Assembly (NCBI GenBank): GCA_964016885.1
Contig: OZ024743.1
Span: 290,408,001-290,472,000 of the forward strand
Direction of reading: 5' to 3'
DNA: 64,000 nucleotides
Origin: Eledone cirrhosa
Taxonomy: Eukaryota
The notes under the pieces were generated by a model. It was given only the letters and a program-made list of their open reading frames with translations. It was not told where the DNA came from and ran no database searches. Both the position numbers and the translations under genes were made by a program. Below are positions 40,901 through 55,569 of this stretch, one piece after another; within the stretch, counting starts at the first letter, position 1, and each line of letters opens with the position of its first letter.

Positions 40901-42146
40901 TACATGAACATATCGTATATATTCGTATTCCGAATCAACTAGTTTTAATGCGTCACAATTATATTGAGTTACATTACGAACCCTACCCATATCGGTAAAT
41001 GCTGTCTTCACACGGCGCTACACATATCGAGTATATTTTAAAAATAGGTACTGATGAAATTGCCATTAAATAGCGAGTTTTAATCTTATTGATCACGAAA
41101 TACTATAGTTGTGGTAAACATTAGGATATTCTATGTATGTGATTTTTCCAAATTTCTCGTTATTAAGAAATGTTTTTTTACCTGACAACAGCAAGAAAAA
41201 TTGATTTTACACTTTCAACCTAATGTATTAATTTTAAAAATCCGAACATTGGCTAGAATTTTAAATATTAATATTTCATATTGACAAATTGATTCTGATG
41301 TTAGCAAAATAACCTCGTATTCTAGAATAGAACATTTTAGCTATTTAAAAGTAGATGATGAGAAAATAATTTCTCAGTGTTCACGTTTAATTTCAAATTA
41401 AATAAATCGATCAAAAGATGAGCTAATATGGAATGAAATTTGTATTGCAGTATTTTATTGTTAAAATCTATAAAGAATTTACGAATGATATTTCAGTTCT
41501 GTCTTCATAATCAAAATGAACCGAAAATGGTAAGGTTACAAAACTATTGGAGGCAAATATTTATGTTAATTTATCTTTTGAAATTATGTTCTACATTATC
41601 TGTGATCGAATGGTTAGTGACTTGGACACAAAATCGTAAGTTTGCGGGGCAGTCTCCGGTTCCAGTTGGTGCGTTCTATAATCGTAAAGGACAGCTCAAT
41701 TTCCTTTCCTCCAAGACAGTCAACTGAAAATGAGTATCACCATCAACCGGGAAATGATGACAAGAATCCACATCTGAACTGGATAACCTCTTTTGTGATG
41801 AACGTATATGATTAGAATGTATGATCACAAGGTATGATCGGAAAGTATATACTATACAGTTACCTATTCTCCTTCTCCACTTTTGTTTTTTTTGTAATCT
41901 ATAGTATTATGTTAGTAATCAAAACACAAACAGAAATAAAATTTATATGCTTTACGATCTAAGTTATTGCCGCAACAGAGTAGACTTTACAATACTCTTT
42001 CTTGATACATTACCCGAATACATATGTAAGCAGTGAAGATGGTAGTGATTTGCTTGAAATTCGTTTCATATATTTAGGTCTAAGTATAATATTTGTTAGC
42101 GAAGTAACTCGGTAGCGCAATCTATCTTGCATTATTTAAATTCTGT

Positions 42147-42330
42147 AGATTAGCAGTATCGGGAAAGGGTCGGACGCCATGCTTTGTAGCATAGAGCTAC
42201 GCCCCTTTACGGTCTGAGTTCAAATCCAGCCGAGTTTAACTTTGCCTTTCATCCTTACGGGGTCGGTAAAATAAAGGACCAGTAATGCACTGGGATAATT
42301 ACTGGCCTTGTTCCAAAAGTAGAAACAATT
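42147..42330 (+). mobile_element. tRNA-derived SINE with 16-bp TSD
   Basis: Matches the 29737 copy. TSD ATTATTTAAATTCTGT at 42131-42146 and 42328-42343. Confidence 0.92.
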
Positions 42331-43109
42331 ATTTAAATTCTGTGAATTACATAGTTGTAACATTGTTGTTACATCGCTCGTGCCTCTGGAAATAAACACT
42401 GGAATCTATTCAATCCCCTAGAGTCATGTAAAAATGTGAGATCCTGTAGGAAATTTACGAATGTATATTAGTCGAAATAACAATATAACTTAGATTTGCG
42501 AATGGCATCATTTGTCAGATAGTTTTGCCACGTTTAATACAATCATATTGGTGCCACATCCACCCCACTCCAAATAGTATTTTCTTATTGGATGAACATT
42601 GCGCAATCATTACGTTTTTAACACAGTAGTCATAATATTGTCATCAATAATTCTTTTTAAATTTATTTAATGTCTAATGTCATAAAATATTTTAATGCAT
42701 GAAATTACATATGGCACTGAAATTATAAATGTTGAATGATGTCATTATATTGTATAGATATTTATACTGTATATATTCAAGTCTCCAAACCTATATCTGT
42801 GTGTAATGACTTGTTTTATGCAAGGATCCAAGGAAGATTCTTATCATATATTTTACTGTTTTCTACATAATTTCGGATTATTATTGTATTGTCTCCCTCA
42901 CTATTAAACAAAAATGCCGAACAATAGGACAAAACCTACATCGAGACAACGTAGCGAATGTTATTTTTATTAAAATATTTCATAATACTAGAATCATAAT
43001 ATCTGACACTCGAATGGAATCAAATACCGCATCAGTGCAAACATTTAATTTGACTCGAACATAAAAACACCTGCGGACGTCAGTTTATTATTATTATATT
43101 AAAACATAC

Positions 43110-43309
43110 TGGTCGATTTGCAGTATCTGTAGAGGGTTGGGCGCCATGCTTTGAAGCATAGAGTTACCTCCCTTTATGATCTGAGTTCAAATCCCGCCGA
43201 CGTTAACTTTGCCTTTCATCCTTACGGGGTCGATAAAATAAAGTACCAGTAATGCACTGGAATAATTGCTGGCCTGGTGCCAAAAGTAGATAAACAATTA
43301 TTATTATTA
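43110..43309 (+). mobile_element. tRNA-derived SINE with (ATT)n tail
   Basis: B box GAGTTCAAATCC, central motif and tail as in the other copies. Confidence 0.9.
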
Positions 43310-45340
43310 CTTTAGTGGTTCCAAGGGCGGAAATATTAAGGCCAATCAAAAACAAAAAAAAGCAAGGACTGTGAAGATTTATTAATAACATTCAAATGGT
43401 ATAAACAAATAAAACAGGAAACATAACCCATAAGATTAAAACAACAGAAGTCTCCGATATAGCCGAGTTCCACATATGAATAACTTTAAAATCATACAGA
43501 TCCGAAATTACCCTAATCACCAAGAGGACCCAAAGAAAGTTTCACCTCTCCTCTCTGAGTTCTCCAGACAAATGGTTCATGAGCACTGTAAACACATTCA
43601 CTTGGGCCATTCTCACTACATTCACCTAACCTTTAGTAAAGGTACTGGGAGGACACACCCTCTCCAACCACATCTTCCTTTCCAATAAGGATGTAAAAAA
43701 TATGTGTCGCCGAAGGCTGGGCCGATGAGCAATTTGCGTGTCTTCAATCGTTTCAGATTTGTCCAACACACAATCTATTTCGCCACAGTCACCAGACATA
43801 GGAAATCAGCCTGCATTTCCGGCCAAAAGAAAGCAATGTGGCGACCTTACCGATGGATACGGTCGATAGTCGTGTACGTCCTGCACGAGATAAATAGCTG
43901 TTCGTCAAATTTCACAAGTCCGCACTACGTGCAGAATGGTTTCGTATTTCAGTGCGCATCCCGGACAGCTCCGTAAAACAGCATATCTATGCCTGTAAAG
44001 TTTCTCTCAAAACGGCAGTGATCCCCGGTTGTATGCCCAGAGTAGGGAATTTTGGAAATAATCCATAGTCCCCGGTCAGAATGACCTACGGAAGAAACTG
44101 GCTAGTTCGTTCTCGTCGTTGAATAAAGTCTCCTCGGGAGCATCCTCGCTTATGCCCACCTCTAATCTTCTATAGAACGCTACCGAGGTATTTCACCAGA
44201 AAACGTTGCCCGATGGATAGAGGAATGTGAGCACTTGGCACGTTACAAATGACAGGAGCCCAGTCACGGTCTTCCGCATGAGCCAGGACTGCAGCTCAAA
44301 GAGACGAGCAGAAAGATGTGACTGGCAAAATGAGATATCACCTGTTCATCATTTAAGAATAATTGCTGTAGCCTCATCATGTGTCTAACGCCTCATTAGA
44401 CACAATGTATCAAACCCTCTACGTAAAGGGGGGGGGCGTAGCAGATAGAACGATTCAGCACTGGAAAAACTCACTTCAACAAGAACGTAAAAATCAGACG
44501 CTCCAATTAAGTGACGTACGCATGTGATTAAATCATGGTAATAGATGACGGACGTGATGTTACGTGTGCGCCACCTCCATCCACTTTCAATACCTTAGTA
44601 ATTGACGGCCAATACCTTGGTAAAAGTCACCACCATCTTTCCCTCGTGGTATGAAAATCTAGAATACTTCGTTGCCGTTCCTCACTAGCACGACGTTTTT
44701 TGTCAGTTTGGGTGGTTGTTTTTAATGTTTGTGTATACTTAGTTCAGTTGATTTTGTTGTGTTAATTTTCGTTGAGCTGGTGGTTGTAGTTATTGTTGGG
44801 TTGTTGTTTCCTTTTATAGGTGCATCTGTATTTGTTGTGGCTGTGTTTTGCTGGGCTTCGATATGAAAACATACCGCTGTGGTCAGAGTGTTTCGGATGT
44901 TTAAACGTGTTTCTATGTCTGTGTTTGTATTTAGAGGAGGAAGAGAGTGAGAGAGAGGTAGTGGTAGAGCTTTGGTAGGAATCAACCTGCCTGTTTATTA
45001 CGTTGTTTTTTGCTAGGGGTTTTGGTGGTGCTTCTGCTGCTGTGGTGCGGAATGTTGCTTGTAACGCCGGTGTTTCTCGTGTTGGTGTTGATGCTACAGT
45101 TGTTGGTTTGCTATTGAGAACACTGGTGCTACCGAATCTGGTGCCGCAGCTCTTGTTCGGTGTTGGTGGTGGTGGTGTCGTAGTTTTCGGGGGCCTGTTG
45201 TTGATACTGCTGGTGTTGTTGTTAGTGTACCTAGGGTGGTGTTGACAAGCCCACTGTTGAATCCAAAGGTTGAAATTTTGTCACCGAATACCTTTTTTTG
45301 AAAAGAAATTGAGGGGTCAGCTTGGTAAATAAACAAAGCA
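43310..45340 (-). mobile_element. Divergent decayed Tx1-like copy F, internally deleted
   Basis: 43500-44650 resembles the ORF2 C-terminal region (CTATAGAACGC, CCAGGACTGCAGCTC shared with copy H). 44700-45340 is a Thr/Pro-rich ORF1-like stretch. 3' end reads CCCTTGGAACCACTAAAG. Confidence 0.65.
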
Positions 45341-46972
45341 TTAGCTGCTTAAGCTCTACAGTTTGTGTAAACTACCCATCTCACGGAGATACGAATTAGT
45401 TTCACTATAAAACAATATAATATGTTCAAGAAAATAGGTTCGATAACAGTGGGATAAGAATTAATGTACGCGAGCAAGTTGCAATACGTGTTGAAAAACG
45501 AACAAACAAAATAATAATGATAATTTCTATTTTAGCCCTAAGTGCATAGCGACATTAAAGCAATACAAAACACACTTTGCAAACAATGGAGGTTTATGAT
45601 GAGTTAAAACAAAACGAAAGTAATAAAATAAAGAAAGAAATACATAGCGATAAAGACAAATCTCCTAATCATGGGGCATTTATCGAGTTTAAATCAACAT
45701 CCCTTAAAGATTATCAACAAGACCAATTCCGCTCTCTATCGTGTTTTCAATACTTTCACACACCTGTCAAATTCACTGAGTGAAATTTCTCTGAACGCAT
45801 TTATCTCTCTATCCAACTTGAAACTTGAAAAGTTGAGGAGTGTTAGATAGACAATAAAATTATGTCATCAGTTAATTAAACCTCGTTGGCCAAAGTATTG
45901 TGAGGAGAGAATGCACATTTAAAGCCTCACCAAACGTTCAATCCGTTGAACTGAGAACAACATATTTTGTGAAATATTAGCTATGAATGTGCCTAAAGTA
46001 TGTCATACCTTAGAGTATTTGAGCAAATAAATGTGTCCTCCTATACGGCCAAAATACCAGACAGAAATAGAAATCTGTAAACAAGTATGCTTTCGTAGAA
46101 ATAACAAAAAAGACTAAAGTCTGTTTACCGTTTTCTTATTTCTAATGAAAAATACTGATCTTAGTTTTAAAATCTTCTGATAATTATCTAGAATTTAGAA
46201 AGATCTAGTCATTTCCTTATTACGTAGGTTTTAGAAGCATAGCTTAACGAATATTCTTGCATAAACATATGATATGCGAACTTTAAAAATAATAAATAAA
46301 TCTTAGTATCATAAAACCAAATGTGGTTTCAGGCGGATTGTTATTAAGCGACTACGACTATATTTTGGCATCATATAAATATTCAGGGTAATTATAAGGA
46401 CCATTCAAATGAATTTTACATCGCTTTTTAAAATTATGTACGTAATTTCATACCACTTGTACAACTGGGGTATTTGTTTTAGATATATTACATTTTAAAA
46501 AGAATTTTCTATAAATATTTATTGTAAAATAAAATACACATCAACACGACTTTATTTGTTGATTTTGTAGATTTAGTGTAACGCCTGGAATATTTATTTC
46601 ATTGAAAAGATGTTGATATCCTTATGCTATCTAAACATCATATTAGCAGCCTATACAAAGATAAAGATTGCAAATGTCTCAAAATACATAGTTACACATT
46701 TTACGAAATATCATATACTCTAGAATTGATTTACCTAAATGATTGCAGGGGTTCCAGTTACTACATAATAAGGGAGAGCTATTTGTTGAACAGATTGCAA
46801 ATATTTGCTTATTATCTCTTATGTTATGCTGCATATAATTAATGTCAGCAGGGAATAGATCGCATTTCCTCTACGGGAAATAAAAGTTAAACACAATAAG
46901 AAATAAACAAAATGATATATATAATAACTATATATATATATGAGTGTGTGTGTGTGTGTGGGGGGGGGGGTA

Positions 46973-47024
<52 letters not shown>

Positions 47025-47695
47025 TGTGTGTGTGTGTATGCATGTGTATACCAGATACGTCAGTTTAATGAAAAAATACGGAAGCTCTAAGCAGCAGTAA
47101 GCAATTTATATAATAGCCGGATATTGAAAATATATATAGAAGAAAAAAATGAAAGAAAAAGTAATGAATATGTCTTTATTAACCATTAAAATAACGGCAT
47201 CTCACTCTACCAAATTGTGAATTTTTCACTCAATCCGGTAAGCGTGCATATAATGCGAAGCTTTACAATTGCTCCAGGTTATGGTCTAATTTGTGTTTCC
47301 TCCCATAAAATGTCAGCAAAATGTCTCTATTCAGTGAGACGGAAATTCTGCATATCAGCTCTTTCCAAGCAGAATTTTCGCTCCGTTAATGGCGTATTAA
47401 ACCAATCATTATTAGTGGGAATTACTAAAATTTGTCACGGCACTCAATTGTTCTTACTAAATAGATTTCGAAAAGTAGCCAAACTGCTTACCGATGTGTC
47501 TTGCTATAAATCAGTTGAAATCTCCAAAGATTTGGCCTCGATTTTATGTTATTGTTATGTTGTTATTAATCGTTGATTATTATAGGTAATCGTCGAAGCG
47601 TCGAGTAAAATTCTGTGTAGTGATATTTCCGTGTCTTTACGTTCAAACCCATCAGAGGTCTCTTTGAATTACATCCATTAAGAGTTTATAAAATA

Positions 47696-47848
47696 TAATT
47701 GTTTCTACTTTTGGCACAAGGCCAGCAATTACCCAGTACATTGCTGGTACTTTATTTTATCGACCACGTAAGGATGAAATGCAAAGTTAACCTCGGCGGA
47801 ATTTGAACTCAGAATACCAAGGTCCGTAACTCTATGCGTCAAAGCATT
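47696..47848 (-). mobile_element. SINE copy inserted into an older plus-strand SINE relic (~47590-47930)
   Basis: Reverse complement of the SINE 3' part, flanked by AATATAAT on both sides. Confidence 0.82.
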
Positions 47849-49751
47849 AATATAATGCGAGTAAAGTATTGGTGGAAATTTTTGATTTTCTCCATCCAAA
47901 AGTTGCTAAATTTGTGCTAAAATTAAAAATCATTATTGTCAAATTCTTTAAAACGTACAAACGCTTCGTTTAGCTCAATGTTTCTTTAGATCGTTCCGGG
48001 ATTGTTAAAATAGAGTACAAGTCGGGTACACAGATCGATGTAATTAGGCTTTCACTTCTCAAATTGCTGGTCTTGTGCCTAAAGTGGATAATATTAAGTG
48101 CTGTGAACAAAAAACAAACTTAGTGGATCGGACAACGCTCCTTCTGGAATTTATTTTCTTCTCTCTAGGCTCAAAGGCGCACCGAGATAATTTTAGCATT
48201 ACGTTTGTTTTATGGTTGATCAAATAAAGTAGCTGTCAATATATTATTAACGGCTTTCACTTGCCTCAAATTCTTGTTCCTCCTAACCCACCACCCCTTC
48301 CCCCTTCTTCTTCTTCTTCTTCTTCTTTCTTTTTACAGATAGATCGCAATCTTCTTTATGGATAATTTCATGTACTGGTTCACTTCTATTAGGATGATTT
48401 AATTATTTTTAATGCCCGCCCCACCACATTCCATTTCTAAGTATTTTCCGAATTGTTCATGTTCTTTTCATTCATACTTTTATAGTTCGGAGAAACTATT
48501 AATATTCAGTTTTTTTGTCTTTTCCTTAAACACAACAATATCAGATCTTCATACCTTGACGTCATGACCACACTCACTGGTTAACTTCCACAACATAACA
48601 CCCGGCTTGTTCTCTTCCACGGAATTAGGCTGATCTATGTACCACCTATCAGATCTCTCCGAGCAATTGTGCACTTAAATTCCAATGAAAAATTATTGTA
48701 ATATAGTTGTATAATTAATAATTAATTTCCTTATTTACTACAATTTCGTTAAAACACATGTTAATAACCATATTGGCTCTAAGGTGTCCTCTTGCAATAT
48801 GCTTCCCTGAGTAATGGGTGATATTTAAACATTCAATTTTCTTTTAAATGTACTTTAATAAACCATTCATAATAATCTGTGTTGATATTTCGCGTATGTA
48901 ATTAACCTAACAGATTTTTTCAGGAAAAGAAGCTTGTAATTTTCTCATTATTTCAAATGCGTCTATCATTATTTAGTTTTAACATAGCTATCGATTAACG
49001 AATGGTTTACCACATAAATGTTTGCGATTTGGGATATAGATCAAGCGAAATAAAATGACTACCTCCTACCACATACACTGAACATGTATTTCTTCATTAC
49101 TACTCATATGTACACATAAACACATACATACATATTTTGCAACTGTCTCAATGCGCTTCATTTATCACAAGGGGAACAATTTGCTAAATTTTAAAACAAA
49201 TGTATGTGTGTGCGTTTGTTTTACGGAAGTTATGTGTGCTCTCACAAACACCAAGATATATCTCATATATATATTGAAGCGAAATATTTACTTAGTGACT
49301 GTCCACTCAATTACAGCAATTAGAACGTATATACACGGGGGGTTACGTGTATGCGTGAAAGTATATATATCTTAGATACTATTATTAGAATTCAAATGTC
49401 ATAAAAATATATGTGTCAGGTACCATCTATATATTACGTTGCTGACAGTTACTTCAGCAGCATACACATGACTTGCATACGTGTACGATATAAAACGACA
49501 TCATTTTCCAAATACACTTATATTTTGTCGTGAAATATTTCTAACGCTTACTTAATTTACCAAAAAATATTATATTCCAACTACTTGCCGATATTTTTGA
49601 AAGGATAAACATGCATTAATTGCATACCTTTCCTCTGGATCACGATCCAACTGACTGATATTCTATTCATTCATTAGTATTAGATTAAAATATCACGTAT
49701 AGACGTCTGATTAAATGTATAATTACACAGATAGCTTGTGATATGCTACAG

Positions 49752-49943
49752 TATAATTGTTTCTACCTTTGGCACAAGGCCAGCAATTATCCCAGTGTAT
49801 TACTGGTACTTTATTTTATCGACCCCGTAAGGATAAAAGGCAAAGTTAACCTCGGCGGGATTTGAACTCAGATCGTATAGGGATGTAACTATGCTGGAAA
49901 GCATGTCCGATCTTCTACCGATACTGCAAATCCACCGCCCTTC
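49752..49943 (-). mobile_element. Full-length tRNA-derived SINE with 15-bp TSD
   Basis: TSD ATGCTACAGTATAAT at 49743-49757 and 49944-49958. A and B boxes on the minus strand. Confidence 0.92.
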
Positions 49944-50197
49944 ATGCTACAGTATAATATAATTCAATTTGATACAAGGACATTACAGGTTATATATTCA
50001 TCGTCCGTAACTCTATCAGAGAATAAGGTGTCGAAATATGAAACAAGAAATTGATGCTGCAAATGTATTCAAACACTATAGAGCTATTTCTATGCAGATT
50101 GTCACACATAATTATCGTTTCAAAGATTTCCTAGCTCTGAGCTCCGGGAAGGTATTCTCAGTTGAAGTCATTAATCCCATTACTACCGACATTGCTA

Positions 50198-50199
50198 TA

Positions 50200-50249
<50 letters not shown>

Positions 50250-50253
50250 ATAC

Positions 50254-50289
<36 letters not shown>
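50198..50289. repeat. (TAC)n(TAA)n compound microsatellite
   Basis: Seen directly. Confidence 0.96.
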
Positions 50290-52179
50290 GACATGAAAAA
50301 CTACACTCCTTTTGAATAGTGAAAAGGAATCACTGGAAGCTGGAGAAGTTAATATTAATTGTGGAATTTTTCAGGGTGACTCTTTATCACCGCTTTTATT
50401 CAGCATCGCACTTATACCATTAAGTAAAATGCTCAATGAAACAAAACATGGATATAAAGTCTATGACAAAACCATTAATCACCTGTTCTACATGGATGCC
50501 CTGAAACTATTTGCAAAAAATGATGAACAATTGCAAGGGCTATTATCCACTGTGGAGCAGTTCAGTGATGACATTAAAATGGAGTTTGGACTAGATAAAT
50601 GCGGCAAAGCAACGTTCACCAGAGGAAAGCTGCTGAAAAGTTCAGACATTAATCTTGATCGGGGGAATGTGATAAGAGAACTTGATCAAGAGGAAACTTA
50701 CAAATATCTAGGTGTTTGTGAAGGAGACGGAATAAAACACTCGACAATGAGGGAAAGGATGAGGAAGGAATGTTACCGCAGAGTAAGAGCAATCTTAAGA
50801 ACGGAATTGAATGCAAGGAAAAGGATCAATGCCATAAACACGCTTGCCATACCAGTAGTAACCTACAGTTACAATGTCATCAACTGGTGAAGCACAGAGA
50901 TCCGTAGGCTCGATACAAAAATTAGAAGATTCTTAACCATTCAGAGAATGCATCACCCTAACGCAGATACAGATAGAATATATCTCACTAGGAAAGAAGG
51001 AGGACGTGCGTTAATCCAGTTAGATATTGCGTTGAAAACTGCAACAATTGGATTATCCACATATCTAAGGGAATCACATGATTGGATGATCAAACTCGTT
51101 TTGAAACACGAAAGCACCAAAAGATTATATTCCATTACAAAAGATGCACAAAGATACAGTAATGGACTACACATTTCAGAAGTCCCATTTACTGCTGAAA
51201 TGGAAAACACAGAAAAAGCAAAGCAGGTAAAAGTAACTGCAAAGAAAGAACTGCTACAGAAACTGGCTAAGAAATGGCAAGAAAAGCCTCTGTATGGAAA
51301 ATACCCAGAGCGAGCTAACAATCCTAATGTTGACAAAACTTTAACCCATCAGTGGTTGGCATCCTCTGGACTGAAATCGGAGACTGAAGGACTGATTATA
51401 TCGGCACAAGATCAGTGTCTGCTAACAAAAAATTACCAAGCCAACATAATAAAAAATGGGTGCAGCCCATTATGCCGTGTATGGAAAAAACAACCAGAGA
51501 CCATTGACCATATAATTTCAATGTGCAGTCCTATAGCTCCAACCGAATACCTAAACAGGCATGACAGAGCTACACAATACATACATTGAATAATGTGTAA
51601 GCATTTTGACCTGCCCCATCAAAAGAATTGGTGGGAGCATCAACCACCTCCCATACTTGAAAAAGATCACATCTCAATCTTGTGGAACTTTAGCATCCAA
51701 ACAGACCGAAAAATAGATGCAAATAGACCTGATATAATATTGAAGGACTTTCAAAGGAGGGTATGCCTGCTAATTGATATGTCTGTTCCAATAGACAAGA
51801 ATGTATCTATAAAAACATTTGAAAAATTGAGCAAGTATAAGGACCTGGAGATAGAAATTGGAAAAATGTGGAAATTGAGAACTAAAACAATACCAGTGGT
51901 TGTAGGCGCTCTGGGAATGATACCTAAGGGGTCTAACGACTACTTATCGTAAATCCCAGGAAACCCGCGTATAGGAGAAATACAAAAGATAGTACTAATG
52001 GGAACTGCCCATATACTAAGGAAGATCCTGTCAATATAATTCCATCACAAGTCTAAACACTAAGGATGCATGTGTGAATATGTATGTTCTTTCTTGAACA
52101 TGGCGGACCTTGTTTTCTCTTGAGGTCACTGGTTGTGACTTGGTGATAACTCGTATAAACATAAAGCAAGATAAATGCA

Positions 52180-52180
<1 letters not shown>
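50290..52180 (+). mobile_element. R4/Dong-clade non-LTR retrotransposon, 5'-truncated (RT C-half, CCHC, restriction-like endonuclease); in-frame stops
   Basis: GIFQGDSLSPLLF, HLFYMD.LKLFAK, YKYLG, RKEGGR, CRV...ETIDHIISMC, RHD, RPDI, LIDMSVP, EKLSKYKDL (50312..51952). (TAA)n on both sides. Confidence 0.93.

Positions 52181-52216
<36 letters not shown>
52180..52216. repeat. (TAA)n microsatellite
   Basis: Seen directly. Confidence 0.96.
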
Positions 52217-53060
52217 GTTTTTTCATTTATTTGCCACATACATTGGGACAATACAATATACGGGAACAGTCGAAGTTTTACACAAAAATCGTGCAAAAAA
52301 TATGGAAAAAATAACGATCAGCAAGAAAAATAGACACAGAGTTACCCAATATCTGGCGGTACCCCACCAATCCTGAACCAGCCGATGGTCGATGTCACCC
52401 CGGAGGGGGACGCCTCTCTCCTGAAATTCAATAGCCTACAGGCGCGTGGTCAGAGTAGGCCCACTCACACGAGCCATTCTCGCCACATTCACCGACCTCT
52501 TAGCAAACGTACTAGGCGGCAGCACTTCTCTTATCTTAACGGTTATGTCGTCCGCATATGCCGAAACAAGCTTTCCGCGTCTCGGTTCTAGCGGCATACC
52601 CTGCAACAGCAACAGCTTCAGCAGTAAAGTCTCCAGGGTTAATACGTACAGAAGGGCGGAGAGATGGCACCTTTGGCGGACAAATCGGGAGATCTGAAAT
52701 TGTTCCGGAAGATGGCCATTAAGTTTTGACCACCGAGCAGATACCACTGTGCATTTTAGTGATCGAGCCTCTGAAGACGGGATCAAAGCCAGCTGGCTTG
52801 ATGACAGCCTTCAGGTGTCAGTGGTTAACCCCTCGAAATCTTTCGATCGATCTAATTGATCAGAGCCTCACCGAATCTAGGATTTCCCCCCCAACTCTCT
52901 ATGATGCATCGCATGATGTGGATTTTGTCTTGTACTGGCTTGGTCGGGATTGTCCAATTTTGAGCCTCCTTTACCTAATCATCGACGCAACCTTTTCTTT
53001 AACATCTTGGCCGAAATCTTAAACTCTGTGATCAGCAGAATTATGGGCTGGAAGTTATCT
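52217..53060 (-). mobile_element. Tx1-like copy G, decayed RT fragment joined to the 3' end
   Basis: SAYADDITV joined to REVLPPSTFAKRSVNVARMARV (52436..52786). 3' end TGTGGCAAATAAATGAAAAAAAC followed by (TAT)n. Confidence 0.85.
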
Positions 53061-53064
53061 AACG

Positions 53065-54945
53065 TGCCCTTCTGCAAAAGATGATTGCATTGTGGAGGTC
53101 ATGCTCAGAGCACCAGGTGAAGAATTCATGAAGTCTAGATTGGAGACTTCTGGGGAAAGACGTCGACACCTGCTGCTTTGCCGGTCTTCAACCTCTTAAT
53201 AGACCCTATGTTTTCCACGAGTATTGGGGATTTGTCAAGCACATATTTCACAAGCAACTCTGCTTTTCAGTCAATCGCCATGTCGTGGACAGTATAGTTG
53301 GCGCTGAAGAGAATTTGCAAGTGTTCAGACGAGCGGGTCATGATGGAGCGCCTATCATTTAGTAAGACCCCCTCCATCAGAGCTTCGGAGAGGGCATGGA
53401 GTCAGATACGATCGACCATAAGCTGCTTTCAGGACTTCACAGAACAACAACTTATTGCTACAGGTATCTACATATGCTTAGAATTTCTTGTTTTTTAACT
53501 TCCCGGACTCCGTACTGAGTGCACCACAGGCGAGGCGAAATGTTACCTTCTTGTGACAAAAAAAAAGAAAAAAACGCTGAAGCAAGTATGCCTGGTATGC
53601 TCACCTCTTCCTTACAAGGAGTGCCTGGATTTCTCTGTAATTTTCTTCAAAACCAATCTTGGTTTATCTTGGAGGAAAATCCATGCGATTTTTGGGCAGT
53701 CTGCTAGACAATGATTTTGAGGGTGTCCCAAAGTGTCTCAGGTAGTTAGACAAGTTTAAACTGCATGTCATGCTGGAGCTTTTCCCTGCCCGCCACAGTG
53801 ACGAGCCTGCCAATGCACAGTCTCCTCCGGGGGTGTTTTTCATCTTGGACAGGCTTTAAATCGATGTTGCTTTGGCAGTGAACGAGGTGGTCTGTTTGAT
53901 CCTCTGCACGTGGTATTTACCTGGTATTAGACACGTCATTCTGTTCACGATGTCGCATAATTGCGTAATCGTTTAAGTGCCAGTGTTTGGATCGTTGGTG
54001 CGTCCCGTTCTTCTTTAGCTGGTTTTCTGTTGAACAATTGTATTAGTATTGACAAACCCCAGCTCAGCACAGATTTGCAAGTGCAACCTTCAAGCGTCAT
54101 TACACCTTCCGCACCATGTTTTCCGACGACAAAATTACGTGATCGACTAAGGCTCAGCGTCACACTAAGTGGTGGCTATTTAGGACGTCAAGCATGTTCT
54201 AACCCTCAAAACATAGCCCCAATTTTGGTAGCATTTGGGTTACACCTTTTGCTTATTGTTGTAGTACGGCCGCAGGGAAGATGCCCTTTGGTCGCTATGG
54301 ACAAACTGGATGTATTGAAGAAAATATGATTTGAAGCCACTTAATCTAATCGGCTCTTCATTTGGAGCGAGCAGTGCTATTCGTAAAAAGGGCTTATCGG
54401 TTGTTCAGGGAGTTGCCGGGTAATGCTGTTACCTTCAAGTCAGCATAATACGACCTTCTACCGTCTATATGTACGTTTCGGACTTTGGCTCTCACTGGTA
54501 ACTTTCATCTGCCGTTTCGCCCCTCCCCCATCGTTTTAGGACTTTCAGGGGAATATTTCTAAGATTTGGGACATTGAAAGGTTTGATACGACCTTCATGC
54601 CTGCGTAGTGGTGTAGTAAGTTGGTGTACGTTTACACGTGGTGTAGTAAGTTGGTGTACGTTTACACGTTGGTTTGTCTGTTGCGGCCGGCAAGCCGGGA
54701 CTGTAATAGCTATGTCCAAAGGTCGTAGGTTTGACTTTAGAGTGTCCTGCTCTTTGACAGCTGCCAACGATGGCGAAGCATTCTGCCTCTCCCGTGACGC
54801 TAACAAAACAACAAAAGCCTTTTAGATGGCCGTTGACTCTACTGAGTTATTCGCTGTTTGTCCAAAAGAATTACCCACCTCACCAAGCGAACTTGGTGGT
54901 GTGGACGGTTTAATCGCCGACGACTCGACAATGTGACAGGTCAAA
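53065..54945 (-). mobile_element. RTE-clade LINE, 5' half (5' UTR, APE endonuclease relic, start of RT)
   Basis: VVGKHG and downstream EN relics (53945..54190), KAAGVD (~53170), GC-richer leader at 54350-54945. Confidence 0.65.
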
Positions 54946-55569
54946 TGTCTTTGACAAATACAAGTTGATTATTGTCAAACAAATGCTGCATCAATTCGGG
55001 TACTCCAAATCACATGAATATTTAGTAGTATTTTTTATGCAAATATCATGCAAGAGGCGGGAGCATTTAGCATAATGCAAAACAACATTCATCGGTGAAT
55101 AATACAGAGAAATGTTTTTGTTAATATCATGGAAATAAAAAAAAACAACAATGTTGAATTAACGCAGTATTAGGCAATTATTTTATTCTATTTGAAATTG
55201 ACAATTCGAAAAATATTCGTTTAAAAGATTAGCTAAAATAACATTCGAAGATGGTTCCTGTTCACAGACAACCGATGCCTAGATTCAAATCTATTTAAAT
55301 ACTTTTTAACATTTAATGACTACTGAAGTTGAGAATCAAGTGTAATTACATCTTGATTTCTTCTCTTATTTTTTTTTCTCGTATAAATATATTTTTAGTT
55401 TAGTTAACAACGCTAAACAAACGTTTTTGTTTCAGTCAGTTAACGGACGTCATTTTCGATTACATTAGTCTTTGAGCAACGCAATTACCTTTTTCTGAAC
55501 CTCAAAGACAATATTTGTTATAAAAGAGAAAATCAAAATGTCTGAAACTAACTATCGCAACCAATATAG

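Noticed and set aside
54611-54669. 30-bp tandem duplication (similar short duplications at 21688-21725, 19430-19750 and 33436/33703)
   Set aside because: Ordinary local duplications, mostly within decayed elements.
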